The notes under the pieces: model-generated
Told to the model about the DNA's origin: nothing
Seen by the model: only the letters and a program-made list of their open reading frames with translations
The model's database searches: none
In this document: positions 25,815 through 40,790 of the stretch, piece after piece
Position numbering within the stretch: position 1 is the stretch's first letter
How the letters are laid out: every line of letters starts with the position of its first letter
Assembly: GCA_951406725.2 (NCBI GenBank)
Contig: OX597827.1
Span: 35,340,001 to 35,404,000 of the forward strand
Direction: 5' to 3'
Length of the DNA stretch: 64,000 bases
Origin: Octopus vulgaris
Lineage: Eukaryota
Program-made: the position numbers and the translations under genes

Positions 25815-26651
25815 CAGACTTCCCAAATTGTTCTGTGTACCATATTTTACTTTGGGTCATTCGAAGATATAGCACCAGCCGGCGATTTTATGGGGGTGGT
25901 ATTTTGGGATACTCTGTATAAGCGTGTATAGGAAACAGATGGGCATGGCAATCTTAAGGGCTGCAATTTAAGGGCTACTCCGGACGGCAAACACTGCCTA
26001 CGCCACTTGCTTCAAGAGGTGCCAAACACGTATTTGTGAGACGAACTTCATTCTCACATAGCCAAGCTTGTCATCTCCGTAACTGTTTCATCATATTTTA
26101 TGCAGCAAAGAACTATGAAAAAACAATGTAGATCCTGGTAGAATTTGAATTCAGATCCAAATATTAACATATTGTAGAATTTTTGCACAGTTTCAATGAT
26201 AAAATCGTTTTTATAAAATGTCCATAAATTTCGAAATCTCACTGGGCTTATTTCTCGCTAATGTTTTAGTCACGTTTTCAATACGACAAACTTCAAAAGA
26301 GCTGTTCCCCATTTTATATAAATATACATAAAATTACAAAATTATGTAGGATTGCGTGTTTTAATGTGCGCATGCGTTATATCAATTTCTTTTCCGACAT
26401 TTCTCCTATACTTCACTACCCTTACCTTGTCTCTTTTCCTCTTTCTTTTCCTCTCTCTATTCATGTGTGTATATATATATATACATATTTGTGCGTGTAT
26501 GTATGTATGTGTGTGTGTGTTTACACACACATATATATCTATGTTTATATGTATACATGTGTGTGTGTGTGTGTATATATACATACATATGTATATACAT
26601 ATGCATATATATACATATATGTGTGTATGTATACATATATATGTATATATG

Positions 26652-26686
<35 letters not shown>

Positions 26687-26750
26687 TTATATATGCATAT
26701 GCATATACATATGCACATATATAAATATATATGTATATATGTGTATGTAC

Positions 26751-26782
<32 letters not shown>

Positions 26783-27328
26783 GTATATATACATATATAT
26801 ATATATGAATGTATGTATGTATATACATATATACATACATATATATATGTGTGTGTGTGAATACATATATGCACATTATCATACAATCACACAGTAAGTA
26901 AATCGATATATACCAATCAATAGCATGACCAATCCTGCTACCACACCACCACATTAAAAAAGTGGAGGGACACGAAGAAATGTTGACTGAAAGATTTTTA
27001 TCTGAGTTTCATAGTTTCATTTACCCGTTCTCCCCATACGCCTCTTCCTTTCTCCTTTTCTTCCCCCTTTCTCTCTATCTCTACCTCTCCCGCTCTTTTT
27101 ATCTCTTGGACACACATTCACACACATACGTGTTAGCACGTGGACACGCAGGCACATATTGTTCTTTTCCAACATCTCTTTCGCAACCAATCACCCCCTC
27201 CCTCACCTTTACCACCTCTATATTTTGTTAGCCAACCAATTACCACTCCAAGTTGACTTCACCTCCTCCCTCCATAAACACCAAATACTCCATCTGACAA
27301 TTCCTCATATATGTATGCACACATAAGC

Positions 27329-27409
<81 letters not shown>

Positions 27410-27803
27410 TATTATGTTTATATATATAAACATAACATATAATTAATATATGATACATACATAATACAAACACAATACATAATACATATATTCCAACGTG
27501 TATGTTCATATACGCACAGACGCACACACATTCAAAAACTCGGCTGTGTATATATGAATTTATCGTGTTTCAATGATGACAAAATAGTATCGACAGCTTA
27601 GAAAGACATATTGTGTAAAACTAATTAAATCGTTCCGAACATACACGCACACACCTATGCGCACACATGCACACACACACACACTCACGAACATGCATGA
27701 TCATACATACATACATACATACATACATACATACATACAAACATACATGCATGCATACATACATACATACATACATACATACATACATACATACATACAT
27801 ACA

Positions 27804-27837
<34 letters not shown>

Positions 27838-28494
27838 CATGATATATGATATAATATATTGATATACTGCAATATAACACGCAACCACTCTAGAGATCAA
27901 ACCTGGCTCATCTTTACTGTAAACAAAACTATATTCAATAGCAAAGACATCTCGACAAAACATTGCCAATGATTAATATGATGTACCATTTTCATTGTAA
28001 ATATGAAAGTTGTAAACTTCATCAATAACTTATATTAAATTGGCCACACCAGCACCGCACTTTGCTCTAACATAACTATGCATGCATTTGCAGCATGCAA
28101 CATTACAAAGCATTATTTATCAACTTAACAATAGAGTGATATCATAAACCTGCAGCCCAAGCATAATTAATTTATCTTTTACTTGTTTCAGCCATTAGAT
28201 TGCAAAAGCACAAGCGCAAGCGCGAACACACACACGCGTATTTCAGGCTTTGCCCATTGAAAAAGGCTGATAGACGAAACATGAACTCAGTCTTCACAAT
28301 GAGTTTGATTCTACTCTCAGCATAGTCATTCCATCAATGAATAATTCTCTTACTATTTTAAAACTTGCTTTCATATAATAACCTTATCTTAACACACACA
28401 TGCACAGTTAAAAGGTGCTTATGTACGAAGGATCTTTTAGAATTCAATTTTTAGCTTCACACCTTCTTATTGTTGTTTAAATTATCGAAATCTT

Positions 28495-28735
28495 CAACGA
28501 ACTAAAATATGAGGTATTGGAGCATCCTTCATTGCTTCTTAAGACTATCACTTGTTTGATACACTCAAAGACAGCATTCGAGGCGGTTCACTTGTCATGA
28601 AACATGACTTGAGAGAAGCAGTGTATACGTGGTTCAGTTTTCAATCGATAAAGTTTTTGTTGAAAAACATAAAGAAGCCTTGTTCGAAGATGGATCAAGT
28701 GTGTTGCAGAGTAAGGGTACAGTGTCGGGAAATAA
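28495..28735 (+). mobile_element. mariner transposase C-terminal remnant
   Basis: LKYEVLEHPS...DYHLFDTLKDSIRG...AVYTWF...LVRRWIKCVAE.G matches mariner HPPYSPDLAPSDYHLF...RW.KCV..G. Confidence 0.75.
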
Positions 28736-28890
28736 AGTACTTGTACTTTCAAGGAATCTCTTTTTATAATAAATATCTTTTAAAATGGAGACAAAAGACC
28801 GAATTACTGAGACCCACAGTGCTTTTGAGCAAGTGATATTGTCGTGACCATGGTAAACGCGTTAATTTAAAAACAACTAAATTGACGTTG

Positions 28891-29120
28891 CAGCGTGGAA
28901 GGTGTTGAAGTGGAAGTGATGCAGCACGAAGCTTTGTCAGTGAACAAGTCGCGATCACAAAGCGACGAAAATATTTTGACAAATTAAATTTAAATGTTAA
29001 AGTGAATCTAACGGTTTTGTGTGTTTCTTAAATGGCTTATAAACACCTTCCACGCTGCAATTGTTTTCGTTCCAGCACACGATCTCAGATCAAGTCACTC
29101 GCTATGCAAATACATCTCCG
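28891..29120. mobile_element. Short insertion with 13-bp TSD and internal 18-bp inversion
   Basis: taaattgacgttg at 28878-28890 and 29121-29133; tgcagcgtggaaggtgtt (28889-28906) is inverted at 29042-29059. Confidence 0.65.
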
Positions 29121-29391
29121 TAAATTGACGTTGTAATGATGTAAAGCTACGTTGTATTAACAAGAGGGAGAGACTGTATCAGCCGATAGGAAAACATTAT
29201 GTCTTCATCATAACCAATGACTCACAATCGCGCGCGCACGCACACTCACACACTCACACACACGCGTTAGTGCAACTGGTCATAAAAGCAAAAGCGAAAG
29301 AACTTCGAAATTAAAAGCAACCGCACCCCCACAAAAATGAAAAATACAAACCACATATGTATATATATATGTGCGTATATAAACGCACATA

Positions 29392-29476
<85 letters not shown>

Positions 29477-30839
29477 ATGAAAAGTCTCAATGACTGAAAC
29501 CGGTACTGAAATGTTTTTTATAAAATTATTTTAGCATTTTCTATCTTGACTTTTTTTCCATATATATATATTATACATACGTACACACAAAAGCACACAC
29601 ATATGCGCACATGCTCATATGCACACACACGCATGCATGCATGCGCGAGCATACACAGACATACGCACGCATACACACACACAACTTCAGTGTAGATTGA
29701 AAAAGTAAATGAATATGGATTACCTGCAGTTGTGCTTTCTACCCTCATTTGTCTCGGTTGAGTTATTTTTGCTTTTTTCTATTTTGTTGTTTGAGGACAA
29801 AAGAGTCTTTATGAATATTTCACCCGAGTTATTTCGAGAATAGATTCAATAAAACATTCTTATTGTTTGTCAGCCGGTGGGACGTGGCAGGAGGGCCGAA
29901 CGTATTGAGGTCCACCGGAAACGGTTATTTATTTATTTATTTATTGTGGTTTAGTCAGAGGAAGGGCGGTGCCAATGCCCTTTTTCAGCCTGCGACCGGT
30001 TAATAGAAGGAAGGTAGGAAGGTAGGAAGGAAGGAATGAAAGAAGGAAGGAAGGGAAGTTGGTAGGGCGGTAGGAAGGAAAGGAAGGAAGACGTTATTCT
30101 TAAAATCGAAGATTTGGTCTGAATGCTTCCATCTGAGTGGTCTCTGTTACAAGTACCCAAGGACCAACCAGATGGCGTGAAACCGGGAGACGGATTTAGC
30201 GCCCCACCCCGAAAGAAGAACGTCCATCCCTCAGCTGGTCTTCCACATAGTTTTCTGTCTTCCCAAATTTCATTCACAAGGTTTAAGCTGGTCCGAGGAT
30301 ATTATTGTAGGATACACCTGCCCAAAATGCCGCTCATTAAAGTCGAACCTGATACTACGTAGTTACGAAGCTAACATTCCACTCGTACAATGATACCTGT
30401 ATCCAATGACTATTTAATTAAGATCCTATATTTTTCCTCACCTTAAAGCTTACAAAGGTAGATCGATTTCGCTTCTCATCTCTCCAGTATCGATAAAATA
30501 TATACAAGCCAGATTCTTGGGGTCATTACTTATCTCCCTTCTTTAAAAATCTGTTTAAGGGCCAATGTCGTGAAAAAATATGTGATCGACTTGAAACACG
30601 ACACGTCTGGGGAGAGAAAGGAAGGGAAAAGTTTAATGGATTGGCAAAATCGGGAGAGCATCGAACAAAATTACTTTGGAGCATTAAGATCAAATACTAC
30701 CGAGGTCGACTTTGCCTTCCATCTTTTCCATAAAATAAAGCACTAAGTCAAATAACAGAAACAATATATTACTCCTACAACACATTCTAGATATGAATAG
30801 AATTATAATTGAACTAAGATTTTTTTATTATTCTTTTAT

Positions 30840-31045
30840 TCTTTTAATCGTTTCACTCATTTGACTGCGGCCATGCTGGAGCACCGCCTTAAAGGGATTT
30901 AGTCGAAGAAATCGACCCAGAGACTGATTCGTTGTAAGCCTAGAACTTATTCTATCTTTCTCCTACGCTGAACTGCTAAGTTACGGGGACATAGACACGC
31001 CAGCATCGGTTGTCAAGCGATGGCGGGGTGTGGGGAACATGCACA
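30840..31045 (-). mobile_element. SINE family C, 3' half
   Basis: tttcactcatttgactgcggccatgctggagcaccgcc...aagttacggggac..cagcatcggttgtcaagcga. Confidence 0.85.
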
Positions 31046-31099
31046 CACATATGCATATACATACATACATACATACATACATACATACATACATACATA

Positions 31100-34000
31100 C
31101 GAAGGTCTTGAAAGGAAGTTGGTCCTTTGATAACGTGCAACAGAAGACGCAGGTGAAAGCATTCTGAGATAAGCGGGTGAACTGTGTACACTCTTGAGAG
31201 GGCATCAGATTCACGCATCGAAGCATCCCTTTCTGAAATGCGTCCTCGCTTTCCTTTTCGCCAAAAGCGGGAAGATGTATTCCACATATAGAATGTAGGC
31301 AACTCCGCGTAAAGAAGTTTTCTGGCAAAAGTGTCTGAAGTGCAAAGTTCAAAGAATCCTGTCAGGGCCGTTCTTCGAGGTTGGTTTGCACAGTCAAGTA
31401 AGTATATTTTTTGATTAAAATACATCCGTTGCCCATTCTCCAAATGAACACTGAGGTGCATAACTGCAGGTTCACGTTCATGGATCAGAAAACCGAATAT
31501 GCGCCAAAATGCCTCATTAGTAGAGATATAGCGTCCAGTTTGGAAAAAATATGAGGTCATCTGTGGCGACATCAGGGTCGCCGGCCTTAGCCAACTCAAT
31601 AAATGCTCGATTGGCTCCCTTATGTACATACTTGCAGATGTATTGAATTGATTTCACGGAGTTGCAGAATTCAACGTTAATGAGGGCCGAAAACATTTTA
31701 CAAAGCACCTTGTTATGTGGTAGCACCCATCTGTTGTCAACATTCAATTCTTGACTACCAACCATTTTTATTGTTACCGTATGTCCACCCTCCTGTGGTG
31801 CCCTGTGACGGTATAAAGGATAGCCGTCGTCACCAGTCTGGGTGTCATGAATTAGTTTACCTGGGTAACGCTTTGTACACCACCCATTGTACATACATGC
31901 AGACCTTGGATTTAGGTGGCCACACGAGCCATTGATCATGCTGGTTTTTATGATTTCAAAAAGGACTGGGTCTTCTTGGGGATTTGGCAGTTCAGCACTG
32001 ATAACGGTGTCGATATCCGTTGACATGATTTTGTTATGAAGCCAGAGGAGGATATGGGCATGAGGGAGTCCTCTCTTCTGCCACTCTACAATCTACATGA
32101 AGTATCTTAATGGTCCAAAAATATATCCGTGTTTTATAACGTCCATCATTTTCATTAGCTTCAGATGAAACACTCTAGATGTGATATCATGTCTATCTGG
32201 AGGATTTTGGTCATGAAGTGAGGCTGGATGTAAACCCATTTTGGATTACAAGTGAAGGTGATGAAAAAATCTGGACGGCTGCAATGGCAGACATAAGTAA
32301 GAGCATCCTGCATTTTTTCATGCATGTACCGAGGGCCTCCAATGTATGATGATGGGAAAATGATAGAACGTCCAATATTCAAAGCGACAACCCGATCATT
32401 TCGGTTCACTTGCCATATTCTTCTGTATGCAATTCCTTTGTCTTATCCATTGGAGGCGTTCGGTGTCAATCTGGAAAGGGAAGAAATGTGTGGAGTAAAT
32501 AGTGACCTGGATAAGTAAATTTTCTGAAAGAAATCATAAAATAAGAAATATCTATTTTAGCAAATATGTCTACACAGTATTGATTGAGAAGCACCCGTGT
32601 TCTATGAAGAATATTGATGTCGTTGTTGCGAACCATAAGCCGAAATGCATGGAATTCCATTTGTGAAATGGTTTGCGGTGGTTGAAGATGCATTAACGTT
32701 TCCGGATTAAACTTTGGCAAGTCAATGCGGTAGCCATCGTCACCATAGGGGAACAGTAATGGATATTGGAGGGCATCATACGCAGGATGAATTTCATTTA
32801 TTTTCTGAAGTCGCGAGTCTTACCATTCAAGAACAATATCACGGTTTGAAGCACACTCATTGAGACTTATTATAAGCACCACAACTTCGTCGGTTTGGGG
32901 TTTGTTAAAGTAACCCTGACGCTGCCCTGGTGGAGCGCGGTCACCTCGAATGACAACCTTAAACTGATTGGTGTTAGCATCTCTACCCTGAAGAGCAGTT
33001 TTGAAAATGGTTAGGTAGGGGTTCATGGTATAAAATATATATTGAAGGGGCTGCAGAAGAGTCTTATTCCTGTAGCAACTGAAGCACTTCGTGCAATTTC
33101 CGCAGTTCCGTTCACCATAAAGTAAATCTGGAGAAAGCTGTGTTCATCACCATCTTGTGGAATAAAGGAGTCAATTTAGTGGTAAATTTAAACTTGTAAT
33201 TTAAAGATGGGCATATAATTTCCATCTCTTATTGGTGTATGACCAAAGCTTGTCATTTGGAAAGCGGAATAGTAGGCTCTTATATCCCGAAGAAAGTGTT
33301 TAGAATCTGGATGGTCTCCGAGCAGCAGGGACTTCAAAGATTCGGCACCGACTTGTAAATGAGGTAAGCTAACCATTCCATTGGAGCAGCGTATATCGGT
33401 AGATTCTGCTGGCCACCTTATTGCATTACAATGGACGCAAACTGTAGACATGTTGCCAATGATATATGAGTGTGGTGCGCAGTCCTCATGGGGACTGTAA
33501 CGAAAGGCTTTGTTAGACCAGTAACGGGAAGAAATCTTCGAAAAGACATGAGAACGCATTTTACGTTGAGAATCAGCCCCAAACCTTGTGGCTATTTGTT
33601 TAACAGTCTCTAATGCACGGCTATTTGAAGTAGAGGCAGCATCGCGAGCACACCGGAGTTCTGCTTGCTGAGCTGTCTGTGATGCTCTGATGACTGCAGT
33701 AGAAGCAGCATTGCGAGCACGCCGAAGCACAAATTGTTCTTGTCTCGTTTGCTCGCAAGGAACGCAAAACGGAAGCATTTTTTGTTTTTCTGCCAATGTG
33801 ACTCTTGCTTTTTCTTGGCATCCTATCGAAAATCTGTAATTTGATGCAAACCGGAAAACTTCAAATGGGATATGGGGTTCGGCAATATGCGATGTTGACC
33901 GATATAGAAGCAAAACTTGTGGACGAATAATCTACCAGAACCGACCGAATAGTGCTTTTTTAGAATGTAACCGACGAATTTGATCCGTAAAATTCGAAAA

Positions 34001-34647
34001 ATTATAAGAAAAATTTGCCAAAACATCGTTCAATTATGCTTACTGATAAAAAAATTAACTCGTAATTTGAAATGTTGATACAAATATTCTTTCTTCATGA
34101 AATGGAATTAAGGAATAAATAATGGGCATGTACGAGTCAAATCAAGTGAGTCACGCAAAAGTCGAAAAATACCGTTCATTTTTTGTCTTATTTAAGAAAC
34201 TGTTAGCTAAAGTTTTAGATGTCACCTAAATTTCCACGTTCAATTAAAAATCAATTTGTCGTTTTCTACTGTTAATTGAATTTTGCCGTGAGAAAATATC
34301 CACAGAGTTGATTGATCGCCAATTAGTGTCATTCATTCGTTGAAGTTAATATTTTATTTCATTTTTACTTATTCAAAATAATTGCCTTGTCTTCTTAACT
34401 CTTTTGTGTCAACTTATTTATTAAACACAGAATGAAATGTCTGAATGCACGTATTCGATTACCGGTCATTCTAGAATGATGTCGATTTTTACTGTAATCA
34501 CATATGTCCTTTCATGAAATTTAACTGGTGCACCCACTATGACATCTTTTACCTATGTCTAAAATTTCAGCGAAATCAGTTGAAAAGTACGGGTGTTATA
34601 ATCTTTTACAAACACGCATACAGACAGAATAGGATTTATATAATAGA
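31100..34647 (-). mobile_element. Decayed autonomous-type Helitron: 5' end, N-terminal region and Rep (HUH) domain; helicase absent
   Basis: Rep motifs FITFTCNPKW (ORF 32161-32409), VEWQKRGLPHAHILLWL (about 32040-32090) and INVEFCNSVKSIQYICKYVHKG (ORF 31517-32026); also CVHCNA..W...CSNG, YYSAFQMTSFG and LSVHLENGQR. Many stops and frameshifts. Candidate 5' terminus A|TCTATTATATAAATCC at 34647. Confidence 0.93.
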
Positions 34648-35162
34648 TTAATAAAGTTACAATAAGCACTGCTCTATTACAGAGTAAATTAACAGCGAAA
34701 ATTGAAGTGTTTACTGAACTTACACACACAGACACAGACACAGACACACACAAATATATATACACACAGACATACAGACACAAACATACCTTACAAGGTA
34801 CAACGTCATAATGTTTGCTATATCAAGCCTGCGTAACAGAAACAACAGAACTCAACAAGATTTATATTTGTTCACACACATGCATACTTACAGTTATATT
34901 TTGAGCAAAGCATATAGATTTTGCTATATAAACAAGGTAACATTGATGAATCAACAAAACACTAAAATGTCAACAACCATATGTGCGTGTATGTGTTTGC
35001 GGACGGGCGTGCGCGTATTAATATCCTAATTGTCGATTTACGAACGTACCGAGTTTGTGTGTAACGAAAGCATTTTCTGCGTCTGTCTTTTCGTCTCTCT
35101 GTCTCTTTCTCCCTGTGTGAGTCTGTTTCTGCGGAAATCTCTCTCTCACTCACTCTCTCTCT

Positions 35163-35207
<45 letters not shown>

Positions 35208-35377
35208 CACACAAGCACATATGTGTATGTATGTATGTACGTACGTACATACATGCAAACACACATACATACATATATATAGATATATAGATATATATAT
35301 ATATATATACGTACATACATATATATCTGTATATATATGTATATATATGTATATATATATATATATAAGTATGTATA

Positions 35378-35739
<362 letters not shown>

Positions 35740-35782
35740 GTATATATATATATATATATATATATACGTATATACATATATA

Positions 35783-35817
<35 letters not shown>

Positions 35818-36227
35818 TTATATTTATATATACACACATACAGTCACACAGAAATAGAAAGAGAAAGATTTTCAAAGCATTACTAATGAAACGAGTGTCG
35901 AACAACAAGTCTGAGTGTCTGAGTGAGATAACAAAACACTGAGAAAGTAAATATTTAGTTATCACTTTTAATGATTCGTGACAAATTGCAATATTTTTGT
36001 TTCCCAATGATTCACCTATACTTGAAATTAAGTTAAAGGCCATTCAAAATACGTAAGCAGAAGAGATTAAGGTTTGTGCAGAGGCGTGTCCTCGGCACAG
36101 ACGCTGCTACCGGTTTCACATCACCGTTCTACTGAATCGATGACGGAAACAGCCGTGCAAAAACTCTGAGTAGCGACCTGTAACTGTGAAGAAACAGCTT
36201 CACTATATATATGTATATATATATATA

Positions 36228-36430
36228 CAGTGGGGTACTCATATACGAACGTTTCTTTGAACGATCAAATTCAATATCAAACAGTATTTCTAACGGAAAA
36301 TAAACTTGAATAACGAGCTAAAACTTTGTCAACGAACCACAAGCAGACTACCATGAGTATAAGTGACTGGGAACTTATTCGCCTAGGGAGCGAAAATATG
36401 TAAGCAAAGCGTTAGACACATTTTGCTTGC
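36228..36430 (+). mobile_element. Possible pogo/Tigger-type terminus
   Basis: TA|cagtggggtactcatatacgaac resembles Tigger-like TIR starts; no partner TIR found. Confidence 0.3.
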
Positions 36431-36513
36431 TTATTTTTTGCTAGAAACATAACCATAGGCTAACAAAAACATGACAAAGGGAAAACGTGCACAAACACAC
36501 ACACACACACACA

Positions 36514-36567
<54 letters not shown>

Positions 36568-37427
36568 CACATACACACAGACACTCGTATTCACATATAT
36601 TTATGCATTTACTATTCATGAATAGACAAATAAAACACGATTTCACACCTTTAGGTGGAGCTGGGTGTGGCTTGAAACGGATTATCTTTATTTATATGTT
36701 TCTCAATTATTCATGTGACGAATAATTTGGTTAACGAACAGAGCACTTGGACGGATCCTGTTCGTATATAGTGACCCCCACCACACACAGACACACATAC
36801 ACAAGTACACACACATACATACATACATACATGTATATATGTCTGTCTTTCTCCCACTCCCTACTATCTTTCGTCCCTTCCTTCTCGTCACTAACTTTGT
36901 TTCTTTCCCTCAACCTCTCTCTTGTCCCCCTTCCCTCTGTCAGTTGCTCACACGTGACTACATGCCATTTCTCTCGCTCCTTTCTTTTCTGGACAAGACG
37001 TCCATCGGATTGGATGTCATTTCTCTCGCCTCCCGACATTTTTTCTTTTCTGCTATTTTCTTCTCTTCTATTTATTCTATTTCCTTTAAAAATTTATCCC
37101 AGGCGTTAACCATTACAATTCATCTTAACCTAACGGCCCTTAATATTTGTCTTCGTCGATTGTTTACTTTGTACGTCCACTCTGTTGTTTTTTGTTCGCT
37201 CGAAGCTCTAACTCACCACAAATTCATATTTTTAAAATTTCTGGATGCTGCTGTCTTATGAAGTTTTCCTATCTTGTCGTTAAAAACACGAAATAGGAAG
37301 TAATAAAACGATCGACAACTGACAAGCGAGTTATCTTCTTGTGTATTTTGTCCTGTGTTTATTTCCCGTGTGTCTACGCATTTTTCACTCACTGTTGATG
37401 TCCTGTACTTAATGTGTGTGTGTCTGA

Positions 37428-37490
<63 letters not shown>

Positions 37491-38106
37491 ATATGGATAC
37501 AGTGATTTTGCATGCGAGCTAGATTGCGTATACATATGTGTACATGCATTTGTGTATATATTTTCGTTTTGCATTTATATGTCTGTATATGTATGTGGTC
37601 TGCGCACATCTATCTGTGTATGTTGATGTATATATGTATAGTTTAGTATGAGTATGTACTGTTGTGAAATATTTTAATGTATTTTAATATTTTAATTTCA
37701 ATTTCCATGTATTAATTATATTTTCTTTATTAATGACAATATGTATTTTAATCAAATGTTCGATGTAAGGTTTTTTTCCTCGACTTTTATAATTTTATAT
37801 ATTTTTATATTTTATATTGAGCTCATTTTTGTTTATCGCTCGAATATGACCGTTATTTGAAAGGACCAATCAAACAAGTCCATTTTTAAAGGTGTAGCGT
37901 TTATACTAGTTTTGATAGAATTGGCATATCGGTTCTATTTTAACAAAAACTGTCCGACGAACGGGAACGTGAAACTCCGAGTAACAGGTTTTGTGAATTT
38001 CTGCTGCTTTTAAATAAAGCATATTACTCTACCCCTGGTATTTGCTACTGTATTATGTATGTTATGTATGTATGTATATGTGTGTATATGTATATATATA
38101 TATATG

Positions 38107-38138
<32 letters not shown>

Positions 38139-38149
38139 TATGATAGGAT

Positions 38150-38194
38150 AAATATTTTCGATTTACCATATAATATAGTAGAACATTTAATATA

Positions 38195-38273
<79 letters not shown>

Positions 38274-38518
38274 ATATATATGTCACCTGTAATATACATT
38301 ATATTGTTTTTGTAATTTACTTGATCTTTACTTGCCAATTGTCATTCTAATTTTAACCTTCCTATGATATGCAATTTTCAAGATGGTGTAATTTGATTCG
38401 ATAGAAGGTGGAGTTTTTCTAATAGTTCATGTGTAAGCATGTATATATATATATATATATATATAGTGACATTGAAGGACACATCTTTCGATTTACAATC
38501 TAATATAGTATATGTCTG

Positions 38519-38553
<35 letters not shown>

Positions 38554-38740
38554 GTATGTGTGTGTGTGTGTATGTATATATATATATATATATTGCCTGT
38601 TATATACATTATATTATTATTTTTATAATTTACTTCCATCTTTACTTTTTAATTGTCACTTTAATTTTAACTTTCCTATGATATACAATTTTCAAGATGG
38701 TGTAATTTGGTTGCTCATTTTGAACCGATAAAAGGTTTTT
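38150..38740 (+). repeat. Two diverged tandem units of about 300 bp (related partial copy at 17910-18005)
   Basis: tttcgattta..a..taatatagta...tatacattatatt...ttcctatgatat.caattttcaagatggtgtaatttg occurs twice. Confidence 0.7.
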
Positions 38741-39459
38741 TTCAAATATTTCATGTATAAGTCTGTGTATATATATGTAGTTGTATAAATATCAACACAA
38801 AATTATTTTTTTTCTCCCCTTCCTCCCTTATTTTTATTTTAATTTTATTTTCCCTTTTCTCTTTTTGTCTCTCTCCCCTTCTCCAAACACAGAGATACAC
38901 ACACTCACACACACACACGCACATACACACGCACACACACACACACACAAACACACACGGACACACAGACACACACACACCTCCACAAAACGATCATAAA
39001 AAGTAGAAAGAGTTCTTAGACCCCAAACGGCATTTGACCATCCTCAAAATCATAAAAGGTGTAATTTATGGCCTGTCTACCCACCAACACACACTCAGTG
39101 ACGCTGAAATGGCTAAAGCTAAAATTCTTAGAACCCCTTGGAGTCCCTTCCCCTCTTTCTCTTTAGCCTCAGATACAAACGCGCGCACACACACACACAC
39201 ATACACACATGTTCTCTCTCTCACTTCCTCCTCGTCCACTTCACCCTCTTGTGCTGTCTTGTTCCTCCCCACCACTACGAAACTCTATAAAATGATTAAA
39301 ATTCCCCACAAAGGAATTATTTTGATTTGGAAACCCCACTAGAATGGGAGAAAGCGCTAATGATCTAAATGATATGATATATATGTAAAAAATGTAATAT
39401 ATAAATAAATATCTGTAAATATAAACCATCCGATCTTCTGGTTACCTCATTTCTTCTAA

Positions 39460-39519
<60 letters not shown>

Positions 39520-39824
39520 GTATACGTATATATATATGCATATAATAAATAATATATAATATAATATAATATAATATAATATATATATATATGCATGCAT
39601 ATGTGGGTACGGTGCAAATAGCATGAAATACATAGACAAACCAATTAAATACGTAAACATCGAGAAAAAATGGAAAACACGACGAGTAAACACAGCGAAA
39701 GGACCCTTCATCAGTTGTCGGCTGTCAATCTACTCCTCATTTCGAGCAATTTTTATGTATGTATGTATGTATGTATGTATGTATGTATGTATGTATGTAT
39801 GTATGTATGTATCGGTGTATGTGA

Positions 39825-40185
39825 CTTACTTGTTTCAAGTGCAGTCATGCTGGATTCAGTCGAACAAATCAACATCTATTTATTTTAAGTCTGGTACATA
39901 TTTTATCGGAGTTTTTTGCCGAACCGATCATCTACAGGGACACAAACAAACCAATACCGTCCTATATTTAAGAGATGAGGAATTATGTACATTATTTACA
40001 TTATTTACATTTGACGGATATTTGTCCTCATCTTGTTTGTTGTTAACACAACGTTTCGGCTGATGAAGGCTGGAGGGAAACGTGTTAACAACAAACAAGA
40101 TGAGGACAAATATCCATCAAATGTAAATAATGTAAATAATGTAAACCAATACCGGTTGCCAAGCGGTTGAGGGTGACAAACACAC
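39825..40185 (-). mobile_element. SINE family C 3' part, interrupted by a fold-back insertion
   Basis: cttacttgtttca..gcagtcatgctgg...ttttttgccgaacc...aaaccaataccg[insert]aaaccaataccggttgccaagcgg. Confidence 0.75.
39960..40142. mobile_element. Fold-back insertion with 12-bp TSD, probably Penelope-like terminal repeat
   Basis: Arms 39988-40049 and 40082-40143 (62 bp, one mismatch); TSD aaaccaataccg at 39948-39959 and 40143-40154. Confidence 0.85.
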
Positions 40186-40241
40186 ATATAACATACACAC
40201 GTGCGCGCACATACACACACATACTCACACACACAAGCATA

Positions 40242-40289
<48 letters not shown>

Positions 40290-40514
40290 TATATATGGTA
40301 TGTTTCCCTCGTGTAAAGCCCTGTATCAACAAACATGCTGGTTAAAATACATATTGTCATTAATAAAGAAAATATAATTAATACATGGAAATTGAAATTA
40401 AAATATTAAAATGCATTAAAATATTTCACAACAGTACACTCAGATCTGGACATGCAGAGATAAATCTAAATTACCTCTTGGGCTAGTATGCCAAACCTCG
40501 CTATGACAATGGCG

Positions 40515-40790
40515 TTACATATATTGCATCTGTGGAAGGAAAGTTTAAATCCAGATACAGTAACCATCTTTCAAACTTTAGACAAGCCAAGTAAGGATGA
40601 GAACATCAGCTACAACATCAAATGGAAGAACCTTCTATGACCAAACCTTATAATAACGGGTCAAAATATGCTCCATAGGCTCGCTTGAAAAACTGTATCT
40701 TTTAAGAAACTTCAGATCTTCCAGTGACTGTGAATAGCAGGAGTGAGATTTTAATGTTATGCCCCCAGTTTACAAAGTACATCCTAGCGG
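40515..40790 (+). mobile_element. Penelope-like GIY-YIG remnant
   Basis: YIASVEGKFKSRYSNHLSNFRQ..DENISYNIKWK..KPYNNGSK..LEKLYLL..NSRSEIL..CP. Confidence 0.7.

Noticed and set aside
29875-30240. GC-rich patch with ORFs 29951-30277 and 30123-30362
   Set aside because: The ORFs include a (GGAA)n tract and show no domain; the patch looks like an unassigned retroelement end next to a (TTTA)n tract.
30976-33913. Intact Helitron RepHel gene or domesticated gene
   Set aside because: Split across many frames with in-frame stops (for example just before VEWQKRG) and no helicase domain.
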